DNA of 64,000 bases. Origin: an uncultured delta proteobacterium. Its GTDB lineage: Bacteria > Desulfobacterota > RBG-13-43-22. Every line of letters begins with the position of its first letter. Position 1 is the stretch's first letter. Below, piece by piece: positions 39,650 through 49,610 of the stretch. Location of the stretch: positions 16,772 through 80,771 of the forward strand of contig CAVUPH010000027.1 in NCBI GenBank assembly GCA_963743305.1, given 5' to 3'. The notes beneath the pieces were generated by a model. It was not told the origin of the DNA and searched no databases. It saw only the letters and a program-made list of their open reading frames with translations. A program made the translations under genes and the position numbers.

Positions 39650-40385
39650 AATAAGCCTCGATGACGGTGTTGTTTTTGATTATTTCTTCGGGTGGCCCAT
39701 CGGCGATCTTTTGCCCGTAATCCAAGACCACTACTCGGTCGCAGAGATGAAAAATGGCCTCCATTTTATGTTCCACCCATAAAATCGCCAAATTTCTCTC
39801 CTCCCGGGCCCGGTTGATTATTTGTAACATCTTCATGGTTTCGGAGAGATTGAGGCCGGCCATGGGTTCATCCAACAAGGTCACCGAAGGCCTGGAAGCC
39901 AGCGCCCTGGCCACTTCTAATAGTCGCCTTTCGGAAAGAGTCATCCTCCCGGTTATCTCATCCTTTTTGTCAGCCAATTCGACCAATTCCAAGGATTCCA
40001 GGGCGGTTTGAAGAGCCGCTCTCCCCGTTAACCGTCGCCCATAATAGGCGCCGACCAAAGTGTTCTCCAAGACGGTCATGCCTAAGAACACCTTAACCAG
40101 TTGAAAAGTACGAGCCAAACCGGAACGGCAGATTTTATGGGATGGGTATCCGGTTATCCGCTTGCCCTTCAGAAAAATATCCCCTCCATCGGGCCGATAA
40201 ATAGAAGTAATCACATTAAATAGTGTAGATTTCCCGGCGCCGTTCGGACCGATCAAGCCAACAATCTCCCGTTCGCTAAGTGTCAGATTAACATCGGATA
40301 ATACCAGAAGTCCCCCAAACCGCTTACGGATATTTTCTAGACGAAGGACCTCTCTTTTAGTGATCGGGGTTGACATAAGGTTCAT
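39630..40385 (-). CDS. livG: ABC transporter ATPase LivG-like
   Basis: GPNGAGKS, ARTFQ and LLDEP. Confidence 0.9.
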   Translation of the reverse strand: MNLMSTPITKREVLRLENIRKRFGGLLVLSDVNLTLSEREIVGLIGPNGAGKSTLFNVITSIYRPDGGDIFLKGKRITGYPSHKICRSGLARTFQLVKVFLGMTVLENTLVGAYYGRRLTGRAALQTALESLELVELADKKDEITGRMTLSERRLLEVARALASRPSVTLLDEPMAGLNLSETMKMLQIINRAREERNLAILWVEHKMEAIFHLCDRVVVLDYGQKIADGPPEEIIKNNTVIEAYFGRPLA

Positions 40386-40420
40386 TGGATCGGTGATGAA
40401 GAGATTTGTTGAAAAACCTA

Positions 40421-40436
40421 AGCAATAACTGTTCCC
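40421..40436 (-). promoter_or_regulatory. sigma54 promoter of the second liv operon
   Basis: Minus-strand GGGAACAGTTATTGCT has GG-N10-GC spacing with TTGCT. Confidence 0.65.
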
Positions 40437-40604
40437 AAAATATTTTTGAAGGAGGAGTTAATACATTTAGCGTAATATCAATGAATTATAATATAAGAGC
40501 GGAAAGGTGGGGATACCTGGACCAAAGAAAAAGGAAGAGTAAATCCAAACCAGAAAGAGGTCCTAGATAATTTTATTTATATTTATTAATAAGTTGCCCT
40601 GTTG

Positions 40605-40649
40605 TGTATCGAAAGGAAACAAAAATAAGAATTGTATAGAAAAGAAACA
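40605..40649. promoter_or_regulatory. Tandem TGT-N11-ACA enhancer sites
   Basis: TGTATCGAAAGGAAACA (40605-40621) and TGTATAGAAAAGAAACA (40633-40649), upstream of the sigma54 promoter with an AT-rich tract in between. Confidence 0.6.
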
Positions 40650-40662
40650 CTGGCTATTGTCC

Positions 40663-42044
40663 CTACCCATTTATCTGGTACTTTTCCATCTTCTCATAAA
40701 GGGCCTTTCGTGAAATTCCGAGGAGTCTGGAAGCCTCGGTCTTATTCCCTTGGCATTTTACTAAGGTCTGCTGAATGAGTGCCCGTTCCATATCCTTTAT
40801 TTTCGTTCCCGGCGGATAGGAGAATGTTTCCTGTTTTTCCCCCGGATCCAGGGGGGCTTTCCGGGTTTCCTTTTCAAACTTATCCGACAAATCCACGGAG
40901 CGGATCAGCGGTCCTTTGGAAAGGATGACCGCCCGGGCCAGACAGTTTTCTAATTCCCTGACATTTCCCGGCCAAGGGTGCCGGATTAAGATATCCAAGG
41001 CCTGGGGGTCAATTCCCTCGATGCAATTTTTATATTGTTCGGAATAGCGTCGGATGAAATGGTTGACCAGAAGGGGGATATCCTCTCGCCTCTCCCGCAA
41101 CGGGGGCAGCGTAAGGGAGATCACCTCGATCCGGTAGAATAAATCGCTCAGAATCGGCCGGCCCGGATTTCCTCTGAGAGGTTTCGGTTGGTGGCCGTTA
41201 TGAGCCGGACGTCGACGCTGCGAACTTCCAACCCTCCCAGGGGTTCAAAGGTTCTTTCCTGCAAAAAACGAAGGAGCTTGGACTGAAGGTTCAGGGACAT
41301 CTGGCCGATTTCGTCGAGGAATAATGTGCCTCGATCCGCCAATTCAAGACGCCCCTTTTTATCCGTTAAAGCTCCGGTGAAGGCTCCCTTCCGGTAGCCG
41401 AAGAGTTCGGCCTCGAGTAAACTTTCGGTCAAGGCGGCGGAATTGATGCAGACCATATTTCGGTCCCGGCGGGGGCTCAGAGTATGGATCGCTCGCGAAA
41501 GCAGTTCTTTTCCGGTTCCGGTTTCTCCATTGATCAAGATAGTGGCATTGGTCGGAGCTACGGTTTGGACCAGCTCAAAGATTTCTTTCATCCGGGGGCT
41601 GATCCCGATAATATTCTGGAAGGAGTATTTCTCTTGCACTTCACGCCGCAGGGAATCCAGTTCCAGTGACATCTCCCGCTCACGAAGGGCTCTTTGTATG
41701 ATCAGGTTCATTTCTTCATAGTTAAGGGGCTTGATCAGATAATTGGTTACCCCTTCCTTCATGGCCTGTACGGCCGATTGGATCGTGCCATGAGCGGTCA
41801 TGATCAGAAACGGAAGCCCGTTCTCCAGGGCCTTGATCTTTTGGTAAAGTTCCAGACCGTCCATCCCCCCCATCTTGAGGTCGGCTAAAATCAAATCGAT
41901 ATTGCCCGGTTCTCGAAAAAGGGAAAGGGCCTGTTCCCCGCTTTGGGCCGTGATTACCTCAAAGCCTTCATCCCGGAGAATGGCTTCCAGGACTTTCAAC
42001 GTATTGGGTTGGTCATCGACCACCAAGATTCTTTTTTTACCCAT
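40663..42044 (-). CDS. NtrC-family sigma54 response regulator; 1-nt deletion frameshift near 41150
   Basis: REC domain, GETGTGKE and GAFTGA. Adding one C (TTC CTG AGC GAT) restores RFLSDLFYRIEVISL and joins the two ORFs. Confidence 0.88.
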
Positions 42045-43887
42045 TTTCGGACTCCTCGATCCCGGCAATGGTCATCACTGGAAATTCAAGGATGACTACC
42101 GTTCCTTCCCCCGCCTTGCTGTGAACGGCCAGTTTTCCGCCGTGGCTCTCAACAATGCCCAAGGTTATAGGCAATCCCAATCCGGTCCCCCCCTTCTTGA
42201 GACTAAAAAAGGGATCGAAAATATGCGCTTGGTGTTCGGAGGGAATCCCGATCCCGGTATCCTTAATCGACAATACGATTTTACCCGACCGTTCGTCCCC
42301 CATTTCCTTTCTTTCGTGCCGGGTAGTTATTTCCAAAGTCCCGCCCTCAGGCATGGCATCCCGGGCGTTGATCAATAGATTGATCAAGACCTGCCCCATC
42401 TGGTGGGGATCCATTTTACATAGGGGAAGCGAGCCCTCCAAATGCCTGATGAGTTGAATCCCTTTCGCCGCCAGCGGCTCTTCAAATAAAGCCAGCGTAT
42501 TCTGAATCAACTCATTGATAGGGGTGGGAAGAAGTTTTGGGACGGATTCCTTGGCCAGGTAAAGGAAGTCGGTGACAAAGGAATTGAGACGCTCAATTTC
42601 CTCCAAGATAAGGTTCGTATATTCCTCTATTAAAGGATCTCCAGGCCGACGCCGCTGCAAATAGACGATCGCCCCTTTCATGGCATTTAGGGGATTCCTG
42701 ATCTCGTGAGCTACCCCGGCCGAAAGCCTGCCCAAGGAGATAAATTTCTCGGAGCGCACCAGTTCATTCTGGGTTTCTTTCAGGTCCTGAATCATCCGGT
42801 TAAAGGATTGAGTCAGCATCCCCAACTCGTCCCGTGATTTAACGGGAATCCCCTGATCGAGATTGCCTCCGGCAATTCGTTCCGTGGCCATGACCAGCCT
42901 TCGGACCGGCCTGATCAGATTATAGGAAATAATGATGACCGCCCCCGCCGCAATAAAAAGAGCAATCAGGACCACTTCCAATATCCTCTTTTGGAGGGCC
43001 TGCACCTCTTTCTTAAATTCCTCGATAGGGATGCTGACGGCCAAAGACCAATTCATCGCCGGGATAGGGGTATAGGCGGCGATTTTTTCTCCGAGGTAGG
43101 AATACGTTTTCCATCCCGTTTCTCCGGCCATCATATCGATGATGAATTCTCGCAGGCGGGGATTAGGATAATTCTTGAGGTCCATCTCATAAGGGGCAAA
43201 TTCCGGGTGGGCGATGGTCCTGCCTAGATGGTCCACCATAAAAGCATACCCTTTGTCACCCACCTGGATTTCTTTTACCACTTTAATTATTCGGTCGTAA
43301 TCCAAATCAATTACGACCGTACCTCCGATTTGGCGATTGGAGTGGACCAGGGGTTTGGCGAAATAAACGACATACCCCTGCCGGATCGATGAAAAGATTA
43401 TGTCCGAGATGTACAGTGATTTTTGAGAAAATTTCTTATAGGCCCGATAAAATCCATCTTCTCTTATTGAAGGGCGGGAAGAGACTGGCTGATCCTTCAG
43501 CACTCGGATCATTTCAGTCCCTTCTTTATCAAAAAAGCGAACCTGGAAGTAAAACGGGGACCGATTGAGAAGATAGGTGAATAATTGGTTCACGTGCCTC
43601 CGATTGACTTCGGCCTCCTTCGCCTGCCCTTTGATTCTGGCCAGGTAGTAATCTCCCAAGAAAGGGATGCGAGAAATCATTTCCAGATCCAGTTTGCAGG
43701 AACGAAAGATAGTATCGATTTTTTCCGCCGCCCCCTTGACCGACATCATCTGTTCTTCCCGCGACATCCGGGTAACTATCCCTAAGGCCGTTTGGTAGGA
43801 GAAATAGCCGACCAAGGCTATGGGCACTGTAACCAGGGGAGCGATCAACAGCAATAATTTGGCGGAAATGGAGAAGCGGATTTTCAT
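42037..43887 (-). CDS. Sensor histidine kinase (Cache-HAMP-HisKA-HATPase)
   Basis: Two TM helices, AHEIRNPL, NLLINARDAM, DTGIG and GTGLGL. Confidence 0.92.
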   Translation of the reverse strand: MKIRFSISAKLLLLIAPLVTVPIALVGYFSYQTALGIVTRMSREEQMMSVKGAAEKIDTIFRSCKLDLEMISRIPFLGDYYLARIKGQAKEAEVNRRHVNQLFTYLLNRSPFYFQVRFFDKEGTEMIRVLKDQPVSSRPSIREDGFYRAYKKFSQKSLYISDIIFSSIRQGYVVYFAKPLVHSNRQIGGTVVIDLDYDRIIKVVKEIQVGDKGYAFMVDHLGRTIAHPEFAPYEMDLKNYPNPRLREFIIDMMAGETGWKTYSYLGEKIAAYTPIPAMNWSLAVSIPIEEFKKEVQALQKRILEVVLIALFIAAGAVIIISYNLIRPVRRLVMATERIAGGNLDQGIPVKSRDELGMLTQSFNRMIQDLKETQNELVRSEKFISLGRLSAGVAHEIRNPLNAMKGAIVYLQRRRPGDPLIEEYTNLILEEIERLNSFVTDFLYLAKESVPKLLPTPINELIQNTLALFEEPLAAKGIQLIRHLEGSLPLCKMDPHQMGQVLINLLINARDAMPEGGTLEITTRHERKEMGDERSGKIVLSIKDTGIGIPSEHQAHIFDPFFSLKKGGTGLGLPITLGIVESHGGKLAVHSKAGEGTVVILEFPVMTIAGIEESENG

Positions 43888-44157
43888 GATCTGCAAATTA
43901 TCACAAACCCATCCTTCTTGCCAATATCAGATCCCGGCAATTCCTCTTTTCTCGACAAGAAAGCTTTCCTGCCAAAGGAGGAACCCTTTGAATTCCTATA
44001 TATATGAGGGAGATATGAAATTAGCCTGTCGGTGGTGATGACCTACCCCCCTCCGCGAATATTTTCCCCCTTTGCGACGAAGTAATGGTAAAATCGTCGA
44101 GACGAGCACGAAGGGTTTATGAGGGGTCAATTCAATATTGTTACTATTTAAAACAAA

Positions 44158-46071
44158 ATGGGCTACCGCGAACTGACCGCCTTACTGATCCTTCTCCCTT
44201 TTATCACCGCGCCGTTTTATTCTCTGTTCAAAGCGGAAAAGATTCAGTCCTTCGGGGTAATTTCCACCGGGATCCTTTTGGGACTGGGGGCATTGTTCAT
44301 GATCCCCCAGGTCCCTTTTTCATTTTCCCCGGAATCTTTGGGGCCGCTGAGACCGGAGACCCTGATCGAAGTCGGCGATTTCGCCCTGCTCCTGCTTTTC
44401 CTTTATTATGGTTTTAGGCATCGCCACCGGCTGATTCAACTGCTCTCCGGGCTTCAGATCCTGCTGCTGATTTTTATCCAGCTCTATTTCCCTCAATCCG
44501 ATCTCGGTTATCCGGTCTTTCACTGCGATCGCCTGTCGCTCCTTTTGATCCTGATCATCTCCCTGATCGGCCCGGTGATCGTCTGGCAGGCCCTGCCCTA
44601 CCTGGAGAACCACGAAAAACACCTCCAAATCAAGGAAACGCGACGGCACCGTTTCTTTCCGGTGCTCATCCTTTTCCTGGGGGCCATGAATGGGGTCGTC
44701 CTGTCCAATGACCTCCGCTTCTTCTATTTCTTCTTCGAGATCACCACCCTCTGTTCTTTTTGGCTGATCCTTCATGATCGGACCGCGGAGGCCCTGACCA
44801 ATGCCCTTCGGGCCCTCTGGATGAACAGCCTGGCCGGGCTGGCCCTGTTGGTGGGCCTCCTGGCCTGCTTAAAAGGTTACGGAACGCTCGACCTCCAGGG
44901 GATCATTCAGCGGGGGTCCGCTGGCCTTTACGGGATACTGCCCCTGACTTTTCTTTGCCTGGCCGCTTTCATCAAATCCGCCCAATTCCCTTTTCAGAAC
45001 TGGCTGCTGGGGGCCATGGTGGCCCCCACCCCGGTCTCCGCCCTGCTCCATTCCAGCACCATGGTGAAAATCGGAGTTTATTTCGTCATGCGCCTGACCC
45101 CGGCTTTTCAGGGAACGTTTTTGAGCTACGGCATCGCCCTTTTCGGAGCCTTTTCCTTTTTGTCCGCCGCCGCCCTGGCGGTGGGCCAGAGCAACGGCAA
45201 AAAAGTTTTGGCCTATTCCACCATCAGCAACCTGGGTTTGATGTTCGCCATGGCCGGTCTGAACACCCCGGAAGCCCTCAGCGCCGGGCTTTTGCTGATC
45301 CTCTTCCATGCCTTGACCAAGGCCCTGCTGTTTCTCAGCGTCGGGGTGATTGAACAGCATCTGGACAGTCGGAATATCGAAGATATGGCCGGCCTTTATG
45401 CCCGGATACCCCTGACGGCCCTGATTACGGTGATGGGAATCATCATGATGATTATGCCCCCCTTCGGCTTGGTCCTGGGCAAATGGATGGCCTTCGAAGC
45501 GGCCTCCCGAAACCTGTCGGTAATGATCCCGCTCACCGCCGGCAGCGCCCTGACCGTGATGTACTGGGCCCGCTGGGCGGGAACCTTGATGAGTCATCCC
45601 CTTTCCGGACCCCTGATCCCCGAGAAACAGCCGATCCCCACCTGGACCGCGCTGGGGGCCCTCGCTCTCGGCGGCCTGGGCCTGGGCGTTGCCGCTCCCT
45701 GGGTTTACGAGTGGCTGCTCACCGGGACCTTTTTGCAGAATATTCCACTGCCCTATACCATTCACCAGGGCACACTGGAAAATCCGTACGGGGCCTTTGC
45801 CGTTTTGCCCTTGTCCCTGGTCGCTTTTCTGGGCCTCTGGGTCTCGGTCTTCTTCCTTCACTGGGCGCGGAAAGGAAAAATCAGCCCCCCTTACTTGAGC
45901 GGCCTGGAAACGGATCACCCCGGAATTTTTGTCGGTCCCCTGAACCAGCCGGTTAAAGCCGAAACGAAAAACTATTACTTGTCCACCCTTTTTAACGAAA
46001 AGCGGGTCACCCTTTGGGTGAATCTGGCGGCGGGCGGCCTGTTGTTTTTAATCCTGGCCGGAGGAGTGTGA
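44158..46071 (+). CDS. echA: Ech hydrogenase subunit A (antiporter-like)
   Basis: KSAQFPFQNWLLGAMVAPTPVSALLHSSTMVK and KKVLAYSTISNLG. Confidence 0.9.
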   Translation: MGYRELTALLILLPFITAPFYSLFKAEKIQSFGVISTGILLGLGALFMIPQVPFSFSPESLGPLRPETLIEVGDFALLLLFLYYGFRHRHRLIQLLSGLQILLLIFIQLYFPQSDLGYPVFHCDRLSLLLILIISLIGPVIVWQALPYLENHEKHLQIKETRRHRFFPVLILFLGAMNGVVLSNDLRFFYFFFEITTLCSFWLILHDRTAEALTNALRALWMNSLAGLALLVGLLACLKGYGTLDLQGIIQRGSAGLYGILPLTFLCLAAFIKSAQFPFQNWLLGAMVAPTPVSALLHSSTMVKIGVYFVMRLTPAFQGTFLSYGIALFGAFSFLSAAALAVGQSNGKKVLAYSTISNLGLMFAMAGLNTPEALSAGLLLILFHALTKALLFLSVGVIEQHLDSRNIEDMAGLYARIPLTALITVMGIIMMIMPPFGLVLGKWMAFEAASRNLSVMIPLTAGSALTVMYWARWAGTLMSHPLSGPLIPEKQPIPTWTALGALALGGLGLGVAAPWVYEWLLTGTFLQNIPLPYTIHQGTLENPYGAFAVLPLSLVAFLGLWVSVFFLHWARKGKISPPYLSGLETDHPGIFVGPLNQPVKAETKNYYLSTLFNEKRVTLWVNLAAGGLLFLILAGGV

Positions 46072-46919
46072 TGCGTCTGGTCCTCTTAACGGCTTTCGGT
46101 CTGCTGACGGCCCCACTCCTGGGCGGCCTGATTATCGGTCTGGACCGAATCCTCACCGCCCGGCTACAGTCCCGAATCGGCCCGCCGCTTTTCCAGCCTT
46201 TTTATGACCTGGGCAAGCTCTGGCAAAAGGAAAGGGCTATCGCCAATCCTTGGCAGGCCTTTTGCGCCCATGGCTATTTGGCCGCCGCCTCCATCGCCCT
46301 GGCCCTGTTCGGGCTGCAATCTGATCTACTGCTCATCCTCTTCGTTCAGGCCGTGGGCGCCCTGTTTTTGGTCATCGGGGCCTTTTCCTCCGGTTCCCCC
46401 TATAGCCAGGTGGGTGCCCACCGGGAGCTACTGCAGATCCTGGCCTATGAACCGCTCCTGCTGCTAGTGCCCGCCGGCTTCTATTTGGAGACCCACAGTT
46501 TTAAGATCATCGATCTCTATCAATGGAACGAACCTCTTTTGTTACGGTTACCCCTTTTGTTTCTGGTTCTCCCTTTGGTCTTGACCATAAAACTGCGCAA
46601 ATCACCCTTTGACCTCTCCGCCTCTCATCAGACGCATCAGGAATTGGTGCGGGGAATCCTGACCGACTTTTCCGGTCCTTATTTGGGACTGATTGAACTA
46701 GCCCATTTCTTTGATATCCTCCTCGTTCTGGGGATCTGTTCGCTCTTCTGGGCCAGCGGTTGGGCAGGGATGATCGCTTTACCGGGAGCCGTTTTTGTTT
46801 TTCAGATCGTAACCGATACGGCCTCGGCCCGGATGAACTGGCGCTGGATGTGGGCCTGGGCCTGGGGGGTCGGATTTCCGCTTTGTTTGATCAACTTGAT
46901 TTGGATTGCTCGGGGATAG
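46071..46919 (+). CDS. echB: Ech hydrogenase subunit B (NuoH-like)
   Basis: ARLQSRIGPP...QPFYD and KLRKSPFD. Start overlaps the echA stop. Confidence 0.9.
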   Translation: MRLVLLTAFGLLTAPLLGGLIIGLDRILTARLQSRIGPPLFQPFYDLGKLWQKERAIANPWQAFCAHGYLAAASIALALFGLQSDLLLILFVQAVGALFLVIGAFSSGSPYSQVGAHRELLQILAYEPLLLLVPAGFYLETHSFKIIDLYQWNEPLLLRLPLLFLVLPLVLTIKLRKSPFDLSASHQTHQELVRGILTDFSGPYLGLIELAHFFDILLVLGICSLFWASGWAGMIALPGAVFVFQIVTDTASARMNWRWMWAWAWGVGFPLCLINLIWIARG

Positions 46920-46926
46920 GCGGGAA

Positions 46927-47394
46927 ATGGGATACATTCACTCTTTTTTTCAAAAGTCCCGGATCAAATCCCCCTGGTTGCTCCATTATGACTGCGGGAG
47001 CTGCAACGGCTGCGATATCGAAGTCCTGGCCTGTCTGACCCCGGTCTACGACCTGGAACGCTTCGGTATCATCAATGTGGGCAACCCCAAGCACGCGGAT
47101 ATTTTTCTGGTCACCGGGACCGTCAATCCCCGGAACCGGAAGGTCCTGCTTAATCTTTACCGGCAAATACCCGCCCCCAGGATCGTGGTGGCCCTCGGCT
47201 CCTGCGCCCTCAGCGGAGGAATTTTCCGGGAGGCGTATAATGTCATCGGTGGTGTGGATCAGGTGATCCCGGTGGATATTTATGTGCCCGGTTGCCCCCC
47301 CAGGCCCGAATCCATTATCGACGGAGTGCTCTTGGCCCTTAACCAATGGGCCCCTCAAAATAAACCCCTTCCGGGGCAGGATAACCTCGGATAA
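46927..47394 (+). CDS. echC: Ech hydrogenase small subunit C
   Basis: CGSCNGCDIE, GSCA and PGCPPRP. Confidence 0.92.
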   Translation: MGYIHSFFQKSRIKSPWLLHYDCGSCNGCDIEVLACLTPVYDLERFGIINVGNPKHADIFLVTGTVNPRNRKVLLNLYRQIPAPRIVVALGSCALSGGIFREAYNVIGGVDQVIPVDIYVPGCPPRPESIIDGVLLALNQWAPQNKPLPGQDNLG

Positions 47395-47406
47395 GATCGG
47401 TGCGTC

Positions 47407-47769
47407 ATGCCTGATGAAATGATTTCCGTCACGATGGAACAATTGATCCCGGAAACCACCCGGCTGAAAGAAAAAGGGTACCGCTTGGTGACCCTGACCT
47501 GTAGTGTGTTGCCGGAAGAGGGCTGGCGGATTATTTACACCTTTGATCGGGATTATGAAATGGTTCATTTGTCCTTAAATATTCTCCGGGGGCGGGAGGT
47601 ACCCAGCCTTTCCTCCGTATTCTGGGCCGCCTTTTTGGTGGAAAACGAGATCCAGGATTTGTTCGGCCTGCGCTTTTCGGCGCTGATCATCAACTATCAG
47701 CGCACCCTTTATTTGGAGGATCAGGCCCAGGAACCTCCTTTTGGCCGGCAGCCCGGTAAAGGCGACTGA
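47407..47769 (+). CDS. echD: Ech hydrogenase subunit D (NuoC-like)
   Basis: PSLS...AFLVENEIQDLFG. Confidence 0.88.
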   Translation: MPDEMISVTMEQLIPETTRLKEKGYRLVTLTCSVLPEEGWRIIYTFDRDYEMVHLSLNILRGREVPSLSSVFWAAFLVENEIQDLFGLRFSALIINYQRTLYLEDQAQEPPFGRQPGKGD

Positions 47770-47772
47770 TTT

Positions 47773-48849
47773 ATGCCCCAATCCATTATCCCTTTCGGCC
47801 CACAACATCCGGTTCTTCCCGAACCGATTCATCTTAAACTAACCTTCGAAGATGAGATCGTTACCGAAGTTCAGCCGGCCCTGGGGTTTGTCCATCGGGG
47901 CTTGGAAAAGATGGTGGCCATCCGGGATTTTCAGCAAATCCAACAGGTGGTGGAACGCGTTTGCGGGATCTGCTCCATGATCCATGGGATGTGTTATGCC
48001 CAGGGGATGGAAAAAATGATGGGAGTCGACGCCCCTCCCCGTTCGCGATTTCTGAGGGTGGTCTGGTCGGAGCTGCATCGCCTGCAGAGCCATCTTCTCT
48101 GGTTGGGCCTGTTTGCCGACTCCTTGGGCTTCGAAAGCCTTTTCATGGAATGTTGGAAGATCCGGGAAAAGATATTGGAGGTGAACCAGGCCACCACCGG
48201 CAACCGGGTGATTATCTCGGTAAACGTCATCGGCGGGGTCCGGAGGGACCTTAGTCCCGGACAGATTGACTGGATACTCCGTACTATCCAGGTGGTGGAA
48301 CAGGAGTTTAGGGCGGTTCAATCCGTCTTTCTCAAGGACTACACCATCCGGAAGCGGACCATTGGCCAAGGGGTCCTGACCCGCGAACAGGCCTACGCCC
48401 TGGGGGCGGTTGGACCCACGCTTAGAGGCAGCGGTGTGGCCCTGGATGCCCGGAAGCTGGGGTATGCCGCCTTTAAAGAACTGGATCTGGAGCCGGTGGT
48501 GGAAAGCGATGGGGATTGCTTTGCCCGATTGAAAGTCCGCCTCCGGGAAGTGCTGCAGTCGGTAGACCTGGTCCGACAGGCCCTTTCGCGCCTGCCCTCG
48601 GGGGAGGTACAGATCAAGGTGAAAGGGTTTCCTTCCGGAGAAGTTTTTTCTCGGGTGGAGCAGCCCCGGGGAGAATTGTTCTATTATATCAAGGCAAGCG
48701 GCCAGAAACACTTGGACCGCCTGCGTATCCGGACCCCGACCTTCGCCAACCTGCCGGCCCTGCTGACCATACTGCCGGGCGTCTATTTGTCCTCTGTCCC
48801 GGCGGTCGTTCTATCCATTGATCCCTGTATCAGTTGCACGGAAAGGTAG
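47773..48849 (+). CDS. echE: Ech [NiFe] hydrogenase large subunit E
   Basis: L1 motif ERVCGICS and L2 motif DPCISCTER at the very C-terminus, with no cleavable extension. Confidence 0.93.
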   Translation: MPQSIIPFGPQHPVLPEPIHLKLTFEDEIVTEVQPALGFVHRGLEKMVAIRDFQQIQQVVERVCGICSMIHGMCYAQGMEKMMGVDAPPRSRFLRVVWSELHRLQSHLLWLGLFADSLGFESLFMECWKIREKILEVNQATTGNRVIISVNVIGGVRRDLSPGQIDWILRTIQVVEQEFRAVQSVFLKDYTIRKRTIGQGVLTREQAYALGAVGPTLRGSGVALDARKLGYAAFKELDLEPVVESDGDCFARLKVRLREVLQSVDLVRQALSRLPSGEVQIKVKGFPSGEVFSRVEQPRGELFYYIKASGQKHLDRLRIRTPTFANLPALLTILPGVYLSSVPAVVLSIDPCISCTER

Positions 48850-48855
48850 AATTTG

Positions 48856-49239
48856 ATGTTTAAAATGACCCCCCTGCTCCTCCGAAACCTGTTAGCACCC
48901 CGGGCCACCCGCCCTTATCCCCGGGTGGTCAGACCGGCTCTGGAAGGGACCCGGGGAAGGCTCTTTAATCGGATTGAGGATTGTATCTTCTGCGCCCTGT
49001 GCGCCCTGAAATGCCCTTCTCAATGCCTAGCGGTCGATAAACTACAAGCCACCTGGCGTTATGATCCCTTTATCTGCGTCTATTGCGGGATCTGTGTTGA
49101 GGCCTGCCCGGCCCATTGCCTCTACCAGGATCCAAGCTTCCCGGAACCGGCCGAGAAAAAAGAGGTCATGCTATTAAAAGGGACGCTTAAAAAAAACCTG
49201 GCTAACCGTCCTGTTGTCCGGTTGAGGACAACGGGATGA
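48856..49239 (+). CDS. echF: Ech hydrogenase subunit F (2x[4Fe-4S])
   Basis: CIFCALCALKCP and CVYCGICVEACP. Confidence 0.9.
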   Translation: MFKMTPLLLRNLLAPRATRPYPRVVRPALEGTRGRLFNRIEDCIFCALCALKCPSQCLAVDKLQATWRYDPFICVYCGICVEACPAHCLYQDPSFPEPAEKKEVMLLKGTLKKNLANRPVVRLRTTG

Positions 49240-49262
49240 TGGGTGTAATAACGCCTTGAAAA

Positions 49263-49610
49263 CTAATCGTTTACTGCTCGGTCAAGGACTGGCAGGAGTT
49301 TGATTTTTCGTATTTCTTTTTCAGCGGGAGAATGGACAACCTGGTACAAGTCCCAGGCTAATTGCAGATTTAGCCAGAACTGCGCCTCCATACCAAACAA
49401 CTGCTCCAGCCGAAGAGCAGTGTCCGGTGTTACACCCCTTTTTCTGTGGATCAGTTCATTGACCCGGGGGTATGAGACTCCGAGCCTTTCCGCCAATTCC
49501 GCCTGAGTCATTTCTAACGGTTTAAGGAATTCCTCCAGAAGCATCTCCCCGGGATGCGTCGGCGGCCTGTTTGCAGGAATGCGAAACATCTTCTCCTCCT
49601 GTTCACTCAA
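49263..49610 (-). CDS. higA: HigA family antitoxin
   Basis: HPGEMLLEEFL, an HTH, TPDTALRL and FWLNLQ. Confidence 0.92.
   Translation of the reverse strand: MSEQEEKMFRIPANRPPTHPGEMLLEEFLKPLEMTQAELAERLGVSYPRVNELIHRKRGVTPDTALRLEQLFGMEAQFWLNLQLAWDLYQVVHSPAEKEIRKIKLLPVLDRAVND

Noticed and set aside
41148-41150. TGA in the NtrC regulator as selenocysteine or readthrough
   Set aside because: The continuation is in a different frame. A single missing C explains it.
44158-49239. Complex I (nuo) or formate hydrogenlyase
   Set aside because: The six-gene order and intact Ni-binding CxxC pairs in the large subunit match Ech. No fdh or other nuo subunits are present.
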